NCBI RefSeq assembly: GCF_006345805.1
Contig: NC_043002.1
Coordinates: 5,642,001-5,706,000, forward strand
Direction: 5' to 3'
Source: Octopus sinensis
Taxonomy: Eukaryota
Length of the DNA: 64,000 nucleotides
Shown: positions 24,698 through 37,593 of the stretch, piece by piece
How the letters are laid out: each line of letters begins with the position of its first letter
Position numbering within the stretch: position 1 is the first letter of the stretch
Notes under the pieces: generated by a model
Database searches by the model: none
Seen by the model: the letters and a program-made list of their open reading frames with translations, nothing else
What the model was told of the DNA's origin: nothing
Program-made: the position numbers and the translations under genes

Positions 24698-26089
24698 AAT
24701 GCAAATTCGATCTCGGCGTAATTTGAACTCAGAATGTGAAGACAGACGAAATGCTCCTAAGAATTTCACCCGGGGTGTTAACGTTTCTGTCACCTCGCCG
24801 CCTTGTTTGCCAGTTTTTATTTCTGTTCTTGTTATTTAATTCCATGGCAAGCCTGATTGAACAGACTTATGATTAAAGGTAACTTCCACAACACTTGTCT
24901 TTGTTGTTGTTATCCAGCAGTGTTGGTGTTTGAGGATGGGTTAAGGTTTTGTCGTTGGAGTGTGTAACCTGATAGAATGATTTTTGTTTAGCCCAAGGTC
25001 AACCTTGATTGAGTAAACCTATAATTAAAGATACTCCGGCAATGGCAATCCCGCTTTTTTTTCTGACTCAATTTAGGGCATCATATAACGTGTGCTTCCT
25101 TTTTTTAGAAGAATGGAGGAGATTTGGCTGCTATTCTTTGCAGGTCAAGGGCCTCATTGACATTCTCGACTGGTTGATGAGATTTCAAATAGTGTGTATA
25201 TTCTTGAATGCTTATAGTGTTGTCTTGTCCTGTGAATTATCGTGAGTCGTTTATGGTATCCATATGACTTGATGTTTATTTTATGCGTGTTAATCTGTCA
25301 CAGCTTATCGATGTGGTCTTTAGAATTCAACTCCTGCCTTAGACTTGTAATTTCGATTCTTATATAATTATAACAGCCATGTGAATGCCATGTGTAATGA
25401 AGTAGCTTGGTTCTTTAAAGGTTATATTTTCATTCTTCTTCTCTTTGTCCGTTGGTTTTGTATTTCAGTGTTTGTATATTTTGCCTTTTGTTTTCATTGT
25501 CTGTGTTGGCTTTTTCGGTTGCTTTTGCATATTTTACGTGTTAAGTTGTTATATTTCTACGCAAATTACTTAAATACACAACACAATTATCTATAAACAG
25601 AAGGTGAGGGATAACGGAAGCACCTGTTGCTTTCTATGTTATAGTTTGCCGGAATATGGAGTTGATTTATATGAGATTTCAATGTCTTTTGTGTTGTATG
25701 TTTACGTATACAAGTGTGTAAGTGCATTGTTAGATATATACTTTTTGCGTATTCAATTTCTTGTTTGATCCAGAGTTATACCTTTCGATTTTATTTCCAT
25801 GCTCGCGAGTGGTTACATTTAATCATCAATGGATTTCTCTGACAAATACATATATCGTAGTAACTGTAACCATCTCATCTTTTTAGTACTTATTTCCTCT
25901 GAAATTAGCGATATTGATTTGTGTATGCACAGCTCCAAACTCAAGCTAAATTACCATTTTTTTCTTTTCTATTTTCAGAGTTCCATACAACTTATACAGA
26001 ACATTTCTTATATTCTATTTTAATAGTTTGAAAGTATATTTATATTAATATATTTATACTTCTAATTGCTTTTGCCTACATAATGTAAA

Positions 26090-26353
26090 ATAATAAAAAA
26101 TAAATGCGCCCCTTTTAAAGCCTAGCCAGGCTCATGGGCCCGGTTTCCCGGTTTCAATGGCGTATGTGTTCCCCAGCTGGACGGGACGCCAGTCCATTGC
26201 AGGGTTACTCATTTTTGCCAGCTGAGTGGACTGGAGCAACGTGAAATGAAGTGTTTTGCTCAAGAACACAACGCGTCGCCCGGTCCAGGAATCGAAACCA
26301 CAATCATACGATCATGAAGCCGACACCCTAACCACTAAGCCACGCACCTCCAC
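26090..26353 (-). mobile_element. Family A SINE (tail type 2) with TSD
   Basis: tRNA head, shared central block and a distinct tail (ctgcaatggactggcgtcccgtccag..). TSD tacataatgtaaa at 26077-26089 and 26355-26367. Confidence 0.85.
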
Positions 26354-26787
26354 ATACATAATGTAAAGCTCTAACCATTAGTTTATTGAGTCTACAATCA
26401 TAGACTTCTGCCTCCGAGTGTATTTCTTGGTGGATTTTGTAAAATAATAAATTAATAGACCTAAGCACAGCTTCATTTGCGGAAGACGCCTATTGATGCA
26501 GAAACAGGTATTCACAGTTGCCTTCTTGATTCAAGACAATCAAACTGTGTTTTCCTTGATGGTTCGTTTTGGAGAATTATCGATTCTTGAGATTGGTTTC
26601 GCTTTCTCATTCGGAGTTGATCGCAGTTGCTACATAAAATTTCAGTACTTTTTTATGGAAGGGAAGATAACATCAATAAAACCAAAAATCTATTTTGTGC
26701 AGCATTTAGTAGACCTTTATTCATTTTTATTTATCGGCTCACTTTTTCTTAAATGTGTGAGTGTGTGTGTGTATGTGCGCGCGCGTG

Positions 26788-26834
<47 letters not shown>

Positions 26835-28363
26835 TGTGTGTGTGTGTGTGCGTGCGTGTTTGTACATGCATGCAGGCATACACAGAGTTATACATTTATG
26901 CCGCGAAATGTTTGTATTTTTTTACTTACTTTATCTCCGTATTGTATATGCGTTTGTATTTGTGTATGTGTGTGTGTTTGTGAGTGCGTATGCATGTGTG
27001 CGTATACATGCGTGCATATACGTCTGCGAGTGAGTGTATATGTGTACGTGTTTATATGCATTTATACTGATATCTAAGAATATAATCTATATACACACAC
27101 ACACACACACGCACACAAACATAGACATACATACACATACGCGCAGAATACAAACTCATTTATGCCCGTATTTATGATTAAGCGCAAATACATATTACAC
27201 ATCAAATGATCTTACTAAAAGATAATTAAAATTACACATTATATGTTTCAGTAGATGAAATAGATGAAATATCAACAAATATTTTATATACTGTTATTTA
27301 GCTTAAGATTCGTCCTAAAGTTTCACGCTTCTACGATCTTCCAACAGCTGTTTTTTTAATTCTTTCCCCGTAACGCTATATTCGGGACCTGTTGCTGTCA
27401 AGGTGTCTTTGCGATCATATTTCAGTTATTCGGCGATTGGTATTAATGCTTTTCCCTGCCGACTTTTAGACACTTTCTCTCTCTTGTTAAGGGGGTAGTA
27501 GTAGTGGGGGGGGGGAGCGGCGGCGGCGGTGATGTTGTTGTTGCTGTTGGTGGTGGTGGTGGTGGTGGTGGTTGTGGTGGTGGTGGTAGCGGCGGCGGCG
27601 GTGATGTTGTTGTTGGTGTTGGTGGTGGTGGTGGTGGTGGTGGTGGTGGTGGTGGTGGTGGTGGTGGTGGTGTCTAGTGATGGTGAGGGAAATTTAAGTT
27701 GATCGTCGTAGTAGTGACTCTGCTACTACTGCTGCTGCTGCCGCCGCTGCTGCTGTTTAACCCCGGGCCAGTATTTCAGCTAGACCATCCTGTCATCTTT
27801 TTTTTCGGATTTATCGTAGCTTCTTAGATCACATTATCCAAAGCGTCATTTAAAAAAAAAATTTTTCTTCTTCAAGTTGATAAAATGTGAATTTATAGAA
27901 ATCTGGAAGTTACTTCTACAGCCTGAGCGACCACGTGGCGACTCCCTCATCTTCGGTGAAACTGGTAACTCGGTCATCCGCCATATCACTGCTGTTAAGT
28001 ATATTTTCATGACGTGAAATGAAACGTAACTTCGCAATGCAGATGGCGTCGTGGACGTATTTATTCTCCAAACATGTCTAGTTTTCTCCGACCAATCAGT
28101 GCACAGTTTTGTACATTAACTTCGTAATTCTCCCATCTTTACTTCGGCACCTACGTTAAAGGATATGCATTAGTTCTTTTATTCTCCCTGCATTAGATAT
28201 GCTAACATTAAATTATGGTTTTTCAAAAGGTTCTCAGTAAATTATTCGATACTTTAGACTAACTGTTATAGAGACAGGATGACCGGATTAATGCAAATGC
28301 TAACTTTCAAAGCATTGTTAAAGAATTCGTATCCTCTGCAGATGGTTGCTGATATATGTCGAT

Positions 28364-28657
28364 ATCACGTGATCACGTAACCGACCAGACCATCAGATGT
28401 TGCTACACATCGCTGGTCACAAATGCGTTCGCATTGTTTAAGCCTTCGAACGACGCCACCCCTCTGGCTAAGCGAGCAGGCCAACAGAAGAAAGAGTGGT
28501 GAAAGAGTACAGCAGGGATCACCACCCCCTGCCGGAGACTCGTGGAGATTTTAGGTGTTTTCGCTCAATAAACACACACAATGCCCGGTCTGGGAATCGA
28601 AACCGAGATCCTCCGACCGCGAGTCCGCTGCCCTAACCACTGGACCATTGCGCCTCC
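28364..28657 (-). mobile_element. Family D' SINE
   Basis: Same head as family D, same tail as 20472-20714; TSD-like atatgtc(g/a)ata. Confidence 0.8.
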
Positions 28658-28875
28658 ACATATGTCAATATAAAAGATAATATGTACTGCAGTTCACCTA
28701 ATTGTTCGTTGTACGTAGAGGCAATGCCTGGTGGCAATGCCTTTGACTTTATATCCATTAACGGTTTTTAAAATATTTTGTCAGACAAATCCCAATATCT
28801 GAATATTCAATAGTTCGCTGTAGAAAGGAGCATCTCATGCTATCGAAATATCTCACGTTGTAAGACTAAGATACT

Positions 28876-29108
28876 TATTTCTTTACTACCCACAAGGGGC
28901 TAAACACAGAGGAGACAAACAAGGACAGATACACGGATTAAGTCGATTACATCGACCCCAGTGCGTAACTGGTACTTAATTTATCGACTCCGAAAGGATG
29001 AAAGGCAAAGTCGACCTCGGCAGAATTTGAACTCAGAACGTAACGGCAGACGAAATACGGCTACGCATTTCGCCCGGCGTGCTAACGTTTCTGCCAGCTC
29101 GCCGCCTT
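28876..29108 (-). mobile_element. Family B SINE with 12-bp TSD
   Basis: TSD gactaagatact at 28864-28875 and 29109-29120. Confidence 0.9.
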
Positions 29109-29323
29109 GACTAAGATACTGCCTAAGACTAACATACCGGCCACGAAACGGTTTGATTGATCACCGCAGTTGATCACCACTAAAAATGTGTCATGTTCAC
29201 ATATATATATATGATCTTGTATGGGAAACCACGGGAGCCAAACAGCGGTCAATAAGTACCCTATTCATGTAAGAGACTTTTCTCTCATCTACTTAGCGCT
29301 TTATATACATACATACATGTATG

Positions 29324-29375
<52 letters not shown>

Positions 29376-29410
29376 ACAGGTGCGTTCAAAAAGTATCCGA
29401 CTTTGTTTTT

Positions 29411-29775
29411 CTACATTATTTACATTATTTACATTTGACGGATATTTGTCCTCATCTTTCTTGTTTGTTGTTAACACAACTTTTCGGCTGATAAACCCTC
29501 CAGCCTTCACCGCCCCCTGTGGGATGAAGTTAAAATAATAGACAGAGAACATCCCTGGAAAATATGAAAACTAAAAGCAGCATCTCATATGCTGGGACAC
29601 AAAAACTGCCTAAGCAGACCGAGTGCAGATATGAATAGCATATGGGAACCGGTACTAAGAAAGGATAGGAAAATATTAGATTTATAAGCTCTAAAATTCA
29701 CTCCATAATTGCCCACGGGCATATGGCGTGCTAATAACCCCACGAATCCTACGTTCGATTGCAGTGACCTGCTGG

Positions 29776-29843
<68 letters not shown>

Positions 29844-29999
29844 TTAATAATAACAAGTACAACAATTATAACAACAACACCTGATGAAGGCTGGAGGATA
29901 TATCAGCCGAAACGTTGTGTTAACAACAAGCAAGATGAAGACAAATATCCGTCAAATGTAAATAATGTACATAATTCCTCATATCTTAAATATAGAATT
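29411..29999 (+). mobile_element. 5'-truncated Penelope-like element with inverted pLTR and 12-bp TSD
   Basis: TSD gactttgttttt (29399-29410, 30000-30011). 29411-29510 is an inverted copy of ~29884-29970. From 29514 it reads PLWDEVKIIDREHPWKI*KLKAASHM..LSRPSADMNSIWEPVL (PLE GIY-YIG C-terminus). HHR at 29876-29921. Confidence 0.85.
29876..29921 (+). ncRNA. Minimal type I hammerhead ribozyme, intact core
   Basis: aacac-CTGATGA-a-ggctg...cagcc-GAAAC-GTT-gtgtt; stem III is reduced to the palindrome AACGTT. Confidence 0.85.
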
Positions 30000-30145
30000 G
30001 ACTTTGTTTTTTACTGCCAAAACTAATGCCATGTTGGTAAAATCCTTTGGATGGGAGATGGCGCCACCCTTTCTGCGTGTGCATAAAAATTTTCGTGCCG
30101 ATAGGTCGCGTCAGTTTCCGGCTGTTACGCCTGGAGTACAGATGT

Positions 30146-30202
30146 ACGATAAACGCGTTCTTCAAACTTCTTGTAAACACGTTTGAAGAACGCGTTTATC
30201 GT
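30146..30202. repeat. Perfect 22-bp inverted repeat with 13-nt spacer
   Basis: acgataaacgcgttcttcaaac / gtttgaagaacgcgtttatcgt. Confidence 0.95.
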
Positions 30203-30541
30203 TGCACAACAACGGCAAAACCATACCTTTAGTTCCTTTAAGTAATTTCAACCAGTCTATAAAATTCGACCTTTAACTTTCTTCCTACATTTCATTTCCA
30301 CTAAATATATCTATATCCACGCCTTTTATCTTTATTCCCATTCATGTATCACGCTATATTTCTCCACTCTTAGTTTTCTGCTAATTTCTTTTTTCCTCCT
30401 CCTTCTCTTTCTATGAATTGCCTTTGACGTTATATCCATTAACGGTTTTTTAAAAAAATAACTTACCAGCGTTCCCTTCATCGTATATGCAGTAATCACA
30501 CTTCGGTTAAAACGTCTTATTGATGTGTTTTGTTTCTTTTT

Positions 30542-30628
30542 TTCCCCTGATGAGAAGATTCCATTGTTTTATATAATTTTATTCTTTCTGGAATAATACC
30601 AATGTTTTCTTCGAAACATAGGTCGGAA
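30542..30628 (+). ncRNA. Type I hammerhead ribozyme (GUC site)
   Basis: ttccc-CTGATGA-gaaga...tcttc-GAAAC-ATAG-GTC-ggaa; stem II extends with cattg/caatg. Confidence 0.75.
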
Positions 30629-32069
30629 GTATAAAGATTTGAATAATACCTGCGTTTAACTCTATTTATTTATTTATCTATGAAATACAAAAGCAATTCA
30701 CTAAACCCTGGAACTTCTACCTTTATAAGTAGGGTGTTACATCCTTGGTACTTATGTGAAATTTTGCTACCCTAGTAGCTATTTATTTTTTCCGTATTAT
30801 TTCTGCACATTCAAAAAATACACATACATTTACATATATATAATATATATATATATATTGACTTTGCTCTACATTACTTAAAGTTTCGTGGACTCGAAAG
30901 ATGTGTCCATCACGTCAGATGCCAGAACATATGTATATGTGTCTGTGCCCACACACATATGCATATTTATGTGCATGTACATGTGTACATCTATATACAT
31001 ATACATGTATACATGCATATTCATGTATATATGTGTATATATACACACATGTGCACGTACATACACATGTATTATGTATTTACTATATGAATATATATAT
31101 ATATATATATATATACAATATATATATGCATATAGCTATAGAACTTGGCACACGTCTACCCCACGTGCATAATATATGTATGTATGTATTAATATATAAA
31201 TATATTGTAGAGAGAGATGGGAGAAAGAGTCATACAGCAGCATCGAACACCTACACATACATAGATAGATCAATACATACTTACATACATACATACATCA
31301 TACAGACAGACAGGCAGACAGACAGACAGACAGACAGACTCATTACAATCGTATATACAAGCATTATTAAAACGTAAGCAAGAGGTGAAGAAATTTTTTT
31401 TTGAATACTAGAAAGGGCGGAAAAGGATGGGTTATTGGAATCAGATATTGCACAATTTTCAGTATGATTACGTGCGCACATGTGTACACGCGCATGCGTG
31501 CTTATGTAACAACATCTGGTTCAGATTAATTTAACATAATTTTGTAGTTGTCAAAATATAATTGTTTCTCGATAAATTTATATTATTTATTCATTTTTTT
31601 TAAAAATATATTTATATTTATTTAGTTATTTCGAAATAATTTCAATATTTATTTGGGTATTAAATTACTTTGTCACATTTTTTTTTTACTTATTTCGAAA
31701 ATTCCTGCACGCGGTCATATATATAATATATATATTATATATATATATATATATATATTATACATGCTCACAACACATTCATACACAGACACATATGATC
31801 TATATATTATTATATATTAATATTATATATAGTGTTTTAAATTCAATAATTCAGATATAATTCTTTTTTTACTTCGCTTGTTAACGAAAACATGTGATAT
31901 TATTCGGAAATGATTAGTAAATATTAGTAATTATTCACACCCTTCCCTTCCCCGGTTATATATACTCAAATGCGCGCGCGCGCACACACTGGTATTTGTA
32001 TACATACATAATGTTTCAATGTGAATACGACTGTTTGTGTGCATGTGCGTTCATCTATATGTGTCACTG

Positions 32070-32520
32070 AATATGTATGTATGTATGCATGCATGCATGC
32101 ATGTATGTATGTATGCATGTATGTATGTATGTATGCATGCATGCATGCATGCATGTATGTTGTATGTATGTATGTATGTATGTATGTATGTATGTGTGCA
32201 TGTATGTATGTATGCATGCATTCATGTATGTATGTATGTATGTATGTATGCATGCATGTATGTATGTATGTATGTATGTATGTATGCATGCATGTATGTA
32301 TGTGTGCATGTATGTATGTATGCATGCATGCATGTATGTATGTATGTATGTATGTATGTATGTATGCATGTATGTATGTATGTATGTATGTATGTATGCA
32401 TGCATGTATGTATGTATGCATGTATGCATGCATGCATGTATGTATGTAGACATGTATGTATGTATGTATTTATGTATGTATGTATGTATTGTATGCATGT
32501 ATGTATGTGTGTATTATACA
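32070..32520. repeat. (TATG)n/(CATG)n microsatellite
   Basis: Direct reading. Confidence 0.95.
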
Positions 32521-33077
32521 TAGAGAGAAATGGACAGACAGACAGATAGATAGATACATATATAGATAGATAGATGGAGAGAGAGAGAGAGAGAGAAAGT
32601 GAGATGCATATAATGCATATATATATCTATATAAGCATATGTGTAGGTAAGTGAGTGTGTGTGTATATGTGGGTGTGTACATATTTATGCACATACATAA
32701 GTATATATATTCATAGGTGTATACATATATCTCCACACACACACATACATACACACAAACATACATACATACATACATACATACATACATACATACATAC
32801 ATACATACATACATACATTGTCATTCTCGAATGAAAAATTATCTAGACTACAGTTCAATAAGATCTCATTGCACTGAAAATGTATTTTATGATTTATTTA
32901 AAAAGCTTTAACTTGCAACTAACGAATGCTGTTTTTCATTCGAGGTCAGAAGGGATTCATTTCTTTCTTCTGTTGATATTTATTATACATTAAAATAGAT
33001 TAAAATATTTATGTTTGTTCTAAGGTCATTCGCCTACAATGAATCAATGCGCGTTTGTCTCATAGATAGTTAGATAT

Positions 33078-33308
33078 ATTTCTTTACAACCCACAAAGAG
33101 GCTAAACACAGAGGGGGCAAACAAGGACAGACAAACGGATTAAGTCGATTGCATCGACCCCAGTGCGCAACTGGTACATAATTTATCGACCCCGAAAGGA
33201 TGAAAGGCAAAGTCGACCTCGGCAGAATTTGAACTCGGAACGTAACGACAACGAAATACGGCTACGCATTTCGCCCGGCATGCTAACATTTCTGACAGCT
33301 CGCCGCCC
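33078..33308 (-). mobile_element. Family B SINE, full length
   Basis: Matches the family B consensus seen in this window. Confidence 0.85.
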
Positions 33309-33328
33309 TTATATATATATATATATAT

Positions 33329-33360
<32 letters not shown>

Positions 33361-33480
33361 TGGCCCGTCCTTGTTTGCTTTGTATCGTCTGTCTGGATGT
33401 TTTGCGTTCTTGTCCCGTCTTGTATTTCTTATGTATAAAACACATAGCGGCGTACGTACATTTTGATCTCTCTCTCTATG

Positions 33481-33557
<77 letters not shown>

Positions 33558-33574
33558 ACATACATTAGATTCCA

Positions 33575-33795
33575 AGGGATCCAATGCTCTTAGCTTAGTT
33601 TTTCCTTGGGGCTGGCCAGATTGGGGCAATCTCAAGAATAATTAGCCGAAATTGTGAGGATAATCTGGTTCTTGACTGAAGATAGAAAATTTCCCGTCCT
33701 TGTTTTCTTTGTATCGTCTAACTGATGTTTTGTTGTCCCTTTTTGTATCACCTAGTTGTCCGGATGTTTTGCAGTCTTGTCCCATTTTGTATTTT

Positions 33796-33837
<42 letters not shown>

Positions 33838-34050
33838 TATATATATATATATAATATATATATATGGGACAAGAACGCAAAACATCCAGACAGTTAGGTG
33901 ATACAAGAAAGGGACACAAACATCTAGAAGTCGATCAAAGTAAACAAGGACGGGTCATTCGGAGTTTTCTTTCCTCAGTCGAGTTCCAGATTATCTTTGC
34001 AATTTCGGCTGGTTATACTCGAGATTGCTCCAACCTGGCATGCCCCAAGG
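33575..34050. repeat. Two family E copies in inverted orientation around a (TA)n tract
   Basis: ggatgttttgcagtcttgtcccat (33761-33785) vs atgggacaagaacgcaaaacatcc (33864-33887); ccctttttgtatcacctagttgtc vs gacagttaggtgatacaagaaaggg. Confidence 0.75.
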
Positions 34051-34069
34051 AATATATATATATTGATAA

Positions 34070-34320
34070 AAATGGATGTGATGGAGACTACACAGGTTAA
34101 ACCAGTTTGACCTTGAGGGACAGACTGATGGCACGCAGATAACAAATCCGAGACCCCACGACGAAGAAAATTCCCGTAAGTAAACACCTAGACCAAGCTC
34201 CGCAAACATAAATCTGAAATACCAAATCTTCCCTCTCTATCAATGCACTGGAAACACTTCAACCCAATTCCGACTGAATAAGGAAAGCATACTCATTAAA
34301 AATATAAGCCACAGCTGAAT
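34070..34320 (+). pseudogene. Penelope-like GIY-YIG endonuclease fragment
   Basis: GCDGDYTG*TSLTLRDRLMARR*QIRDPTTKKIPVSKHLD../..YQIFPLYQC..FRLNKESILIK../PQLN. Confidence 0.7.
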
Positions 34321-34517
34321 ATCCTTTAGAAAGAAGAAAAAAACACTAAACAGACGAAAAAACTCAATTTCTCCACAAAAGAAGCAACCAGATACAACAG
34401 ACATAATTCTAAAAACTTTAGTAACAGTCTTCCTCTCAGGTTTCGAAACCGCAACTCCAAATCACCATGCAATACAATTATGCAAACACCAGTTGCTGAC
34501 GTTACCTATCTCTAAAC

Positions 34518-34748
34518 CATTGATTCCCAATGTGGGCCACAAGACCCACCGATGGGACCTGAGAAAATTGTAGTGGGGCGTGGGATCAAAATTTTTTTCT
34601 TTTTTTTTTAGTGGGACATGGAATTGTAAAAATCGTTTTTCCACAGCAAATACTATACCTATACTTTTTTTCCAACCACCGGTTCGGGGCATACATTTTT
34701 TTGGAAAGTTATAGTGGGGCCTGGCGGAAAATAAGTTGGGAAACACTG
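34518..34748. mobile_element. hAT (Charlie-like) MITE
   Basis: Ends cattgattcccaa / ttgggaaacactg; 8-bp TSD ctctaaac / ctctagac. Confidence 0.7.
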
Positions 34749-35066
34749 CTCTAGACCAATGAAATTTAACTTTCGATCAGATCCGGATCTTCAGCAAATA
34801 AAACAAACTGACCCTTTAAGAGAATCAACCAATTGGAACGATAGATGACCATTCCCTACAGGAAAGTCAACCAGGCAGAACGCCAAACTTGATCACTAGA
34901 AAGAATAAGACGTCATCAGAAATTTAGCGAATCAAAAATTACATCCGTTTACCGAAAAACTTATCAATACACTGATTCCAAAACACTCCGTTACAAGCAA
35001 AAAACCCTGCACGCGAAGGAAAATAGAATCCAGGATGACAGAAACTCTAACAAAACCCTTTTTCTT

Positions 35067-35143
<77 letters not shown>

Positions 35144-35474
35144 CTCAATGTGACCGAGCTTTTGGTAATCCACATTTTTTATATCCTTCACCAATCATTT
35201 TTGATATTGAATTTTGTGAATATTTAATCATTTAAGCATATTTTCAAATATTTTCGATTTCGCAATTTAAAATTTTAAAAAACATTTTTAAAAATTTCAT
35301 TCGTTTGTACCATTGATAAACAAAAAATTGTTGAAACTAGTTTGGTATGTATTCAGGTGCATTTTCAACCACAAATTCTCCTATAGTTTTTCCCGCGAGG
35401 AAATACACCTCTTCTTTTCTTATATATATATATATAAAGAGAGGAGGGAGAGGGGGGAGGAAGAGAGGGAGATA

Positions 35475-36740
35475 CCTAGAGTTCAATAGAAAGTTAGGGA
35501 TCTTAGATCTGAACAGGATCTGCGGTCTTTCAGCTAAATAAAGCCTATGTTTATTCGATGCATTCGCATAAGGTATGGATTTCTCAATTATTTTCCATTT
35601 AATCGCATGCGATGTTTCGTTATCTTTCAAAGTCCATTTGTAGCTAGCCAACTTAGTAGCTTTACTTTTATCCCTATTTATAGGTTTTCTTATTAGTTGT
35701 ATTATTATTTAGGGTTGCAATAACTTCTGCCTCATATATGATAGACTTAATCATATATCGTTTGTCAAATGGACAAGACCCTGGGTCGCGACAGTTGCAA
35801 TTGGATTTAGGCTCTTTGTATTGACCACGCGTATTGACTACTCTTCATAGTGGGGCAGCAGCTATCTGATAATTTCACAGAACGCCTATTAAATATTTTC
35901 CTGTATCTGTGAGTTGCTGGAAAGTGTTTGTCTAGGAAAGATAGGGATATTTTACCTATGTTAGCTTTTATAAAAAGGAGGGGCGACCCAAAAAATTTTC
36001 CTTGGCCTATTTTTAGGTTTCTTCTTAGTATTATTCTGATTAATACTAGAAGGGTTATGTATTACGTTATCTTTGATGCCACTAGATCAATTATTATTAT
36101 TTTGATTATGATTAAAGGGAATATGTATTAATTTATCTTTGAAACCACTATTGGCTAGGGCATTGTTATAATAGGGGGCAGCTTTCGCGAATATGACTGG
36201 ATCGAATAAATGTCGGCTTTGTTTAGCTGAAAGAGCGCAGGTCCTCTTTAGATCAAAGATCCTTAAGTCTCTATTGAACCCTAGGTCAGAAATGTTCATT
36301 GGTTGCAAACATATGTATAAATATATTTTGAAGAATTGGTAAATTCCGCCTGTTCCTGACTAACTTGATATCTTTCCAGGCTTGTCATTTAAGATCCAAG
36401 GAGAACAGCTATTTTACCTTTTTACTTTTTATTTCTTACATTTTAGTTTTTGTATTTTCGTTTTCCGTTTGTTTTTCTTTTTTTTATACTTTCTGCATTT
36501 TCTATATGCTGGCCTCTTTGTGTTTTCGCATTTCTTCTAATATTCCAATTTTAAATTCGTTATATGTGGTTTGCGCCTGAAGAATATGTATGAGTATTTC
36601 TCAACATATGAATCTATTAGTAACGCTTTAATACATATATTGTGTCCTTTAAATAAATTATAGTATTTAGCTCTTACTAGATGGAGTACTTTGTTGAATT
36701 TTCTATCACGAAATAGTACACCTATATACTACTAAAACTC
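35475..36740 (-). mobile_element. 5'-truncated Penelope-like element with inverted pLTR
   Basis: Minus strand FAKAAPYYNNALANSGFK, CNCRDPGSCPFD..IIYEAEV, LASYKWTLKD..IKWKIIEKSIPY. From ~36196 the plus strand repeats the ORF end in inverted orientation (SNKCRLCLAERAQVLFRSK..LLNPRSEM), followed by an HHR. Confidence 0.85.
36573..36626 (+). ncRNA. Degenerate type I hammerhead in the inverted pLTR
   Basis: gcgc-CTGAAGA-atatgt...acatat-GAATC-TATTA-GTA-acgc. Confidence 0.6.
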
Positions 36741-36988
36741 TGTGATTGCTTGCTTGCATGCTTGCATGCGTGCGTGCTTGTCTGTAATTTAATACAGCCA
36801 AACCGGCATTAATGGGAAAATACTCAGAAAGTAAGGTACCGCTGAAATGTATATCCAAACGGAATAAAACCGGATTACGGATTTCCGAGATACGCGGTTT
36901 TGGGGAGTACTTTCATAAATAACCAAAACAGCACATAATGGGAAAATACTCCGAAAGCAACGTAACCCTGAAATGGTAATATATATAA

Positions 36989-37220
36989 GGCGGTGAGCTG
37001 GCAAAAACGTTAGGCCGTCGGGCGAAATGCGTAGCCGTATTTCGTCTGTCGATACGTTCCGAGTTCAAATTCCGCCGAGGTCGACTTTGCCTTTCATCCT
37101 TTCGGGGTCAGTAAATAAAGTACCAGTTACACACTGGGGTCGATGTAGTAGACTTAATCCGTTTGTCTGTCCTTGTTTGTCCCCTCTATGTTTATCCCCT
37201 TGTGGGCAATAAAGAAATAT
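36989..37220 (+). mobile_element. Family B SINE, full length
   Basis: ggcggtgagctggc..gagttcaaattccgccgaggtcgactttgcctttcatcctttcgggg..gggcaataaagaaata. Confidence 0.85.
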
Positions 37221-37561
37221 ATATAACACTGTGAAAATTGTTTCCATTAATTTTGTTTACTTTATATAACAATTCCTCTTGCATTTTTGTAGCAGCGTGC
37301 ACATATGCCATAAATAAATGTTGTTACTGGAGTTCAAATTTAATTCCGGAAGTTCTATTCCTATTAGATGTTATAAATGATTAATAAAACCTTAAATATG
37401 AACTTGTTAACCAGACCTATGATGACACGAACGAATTGAAATAATCATCTGATTCATCATAAAATTAACTTTCATTTCAATGCAATGTTGAAATCAGCTT
37501 CAATATTTTATAACCTGAAACGTCAATGACCCAACGGGTCACAAGTAGTCTAGTTATATAT

Positions 37562-37593
<32 letters not shown>

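Larger units (their letters stand above)
29374..30145 (+). mobile_element. Probable mariner 5' end split by a PLE insertion
   Basis: TIR-like taacaggtgcgttcaaaaagtatccgact (29374-29402); the sequence resumes after the duplicated gactttgttttt at 30000. Confidence 0.5.

Noticed and set aside
34765-34800. Minus-strand CTGAAGA..GAAAG hammerhead-like string
   Set aside because: The core overlaps the only possible stem II, and stem I does not pair.
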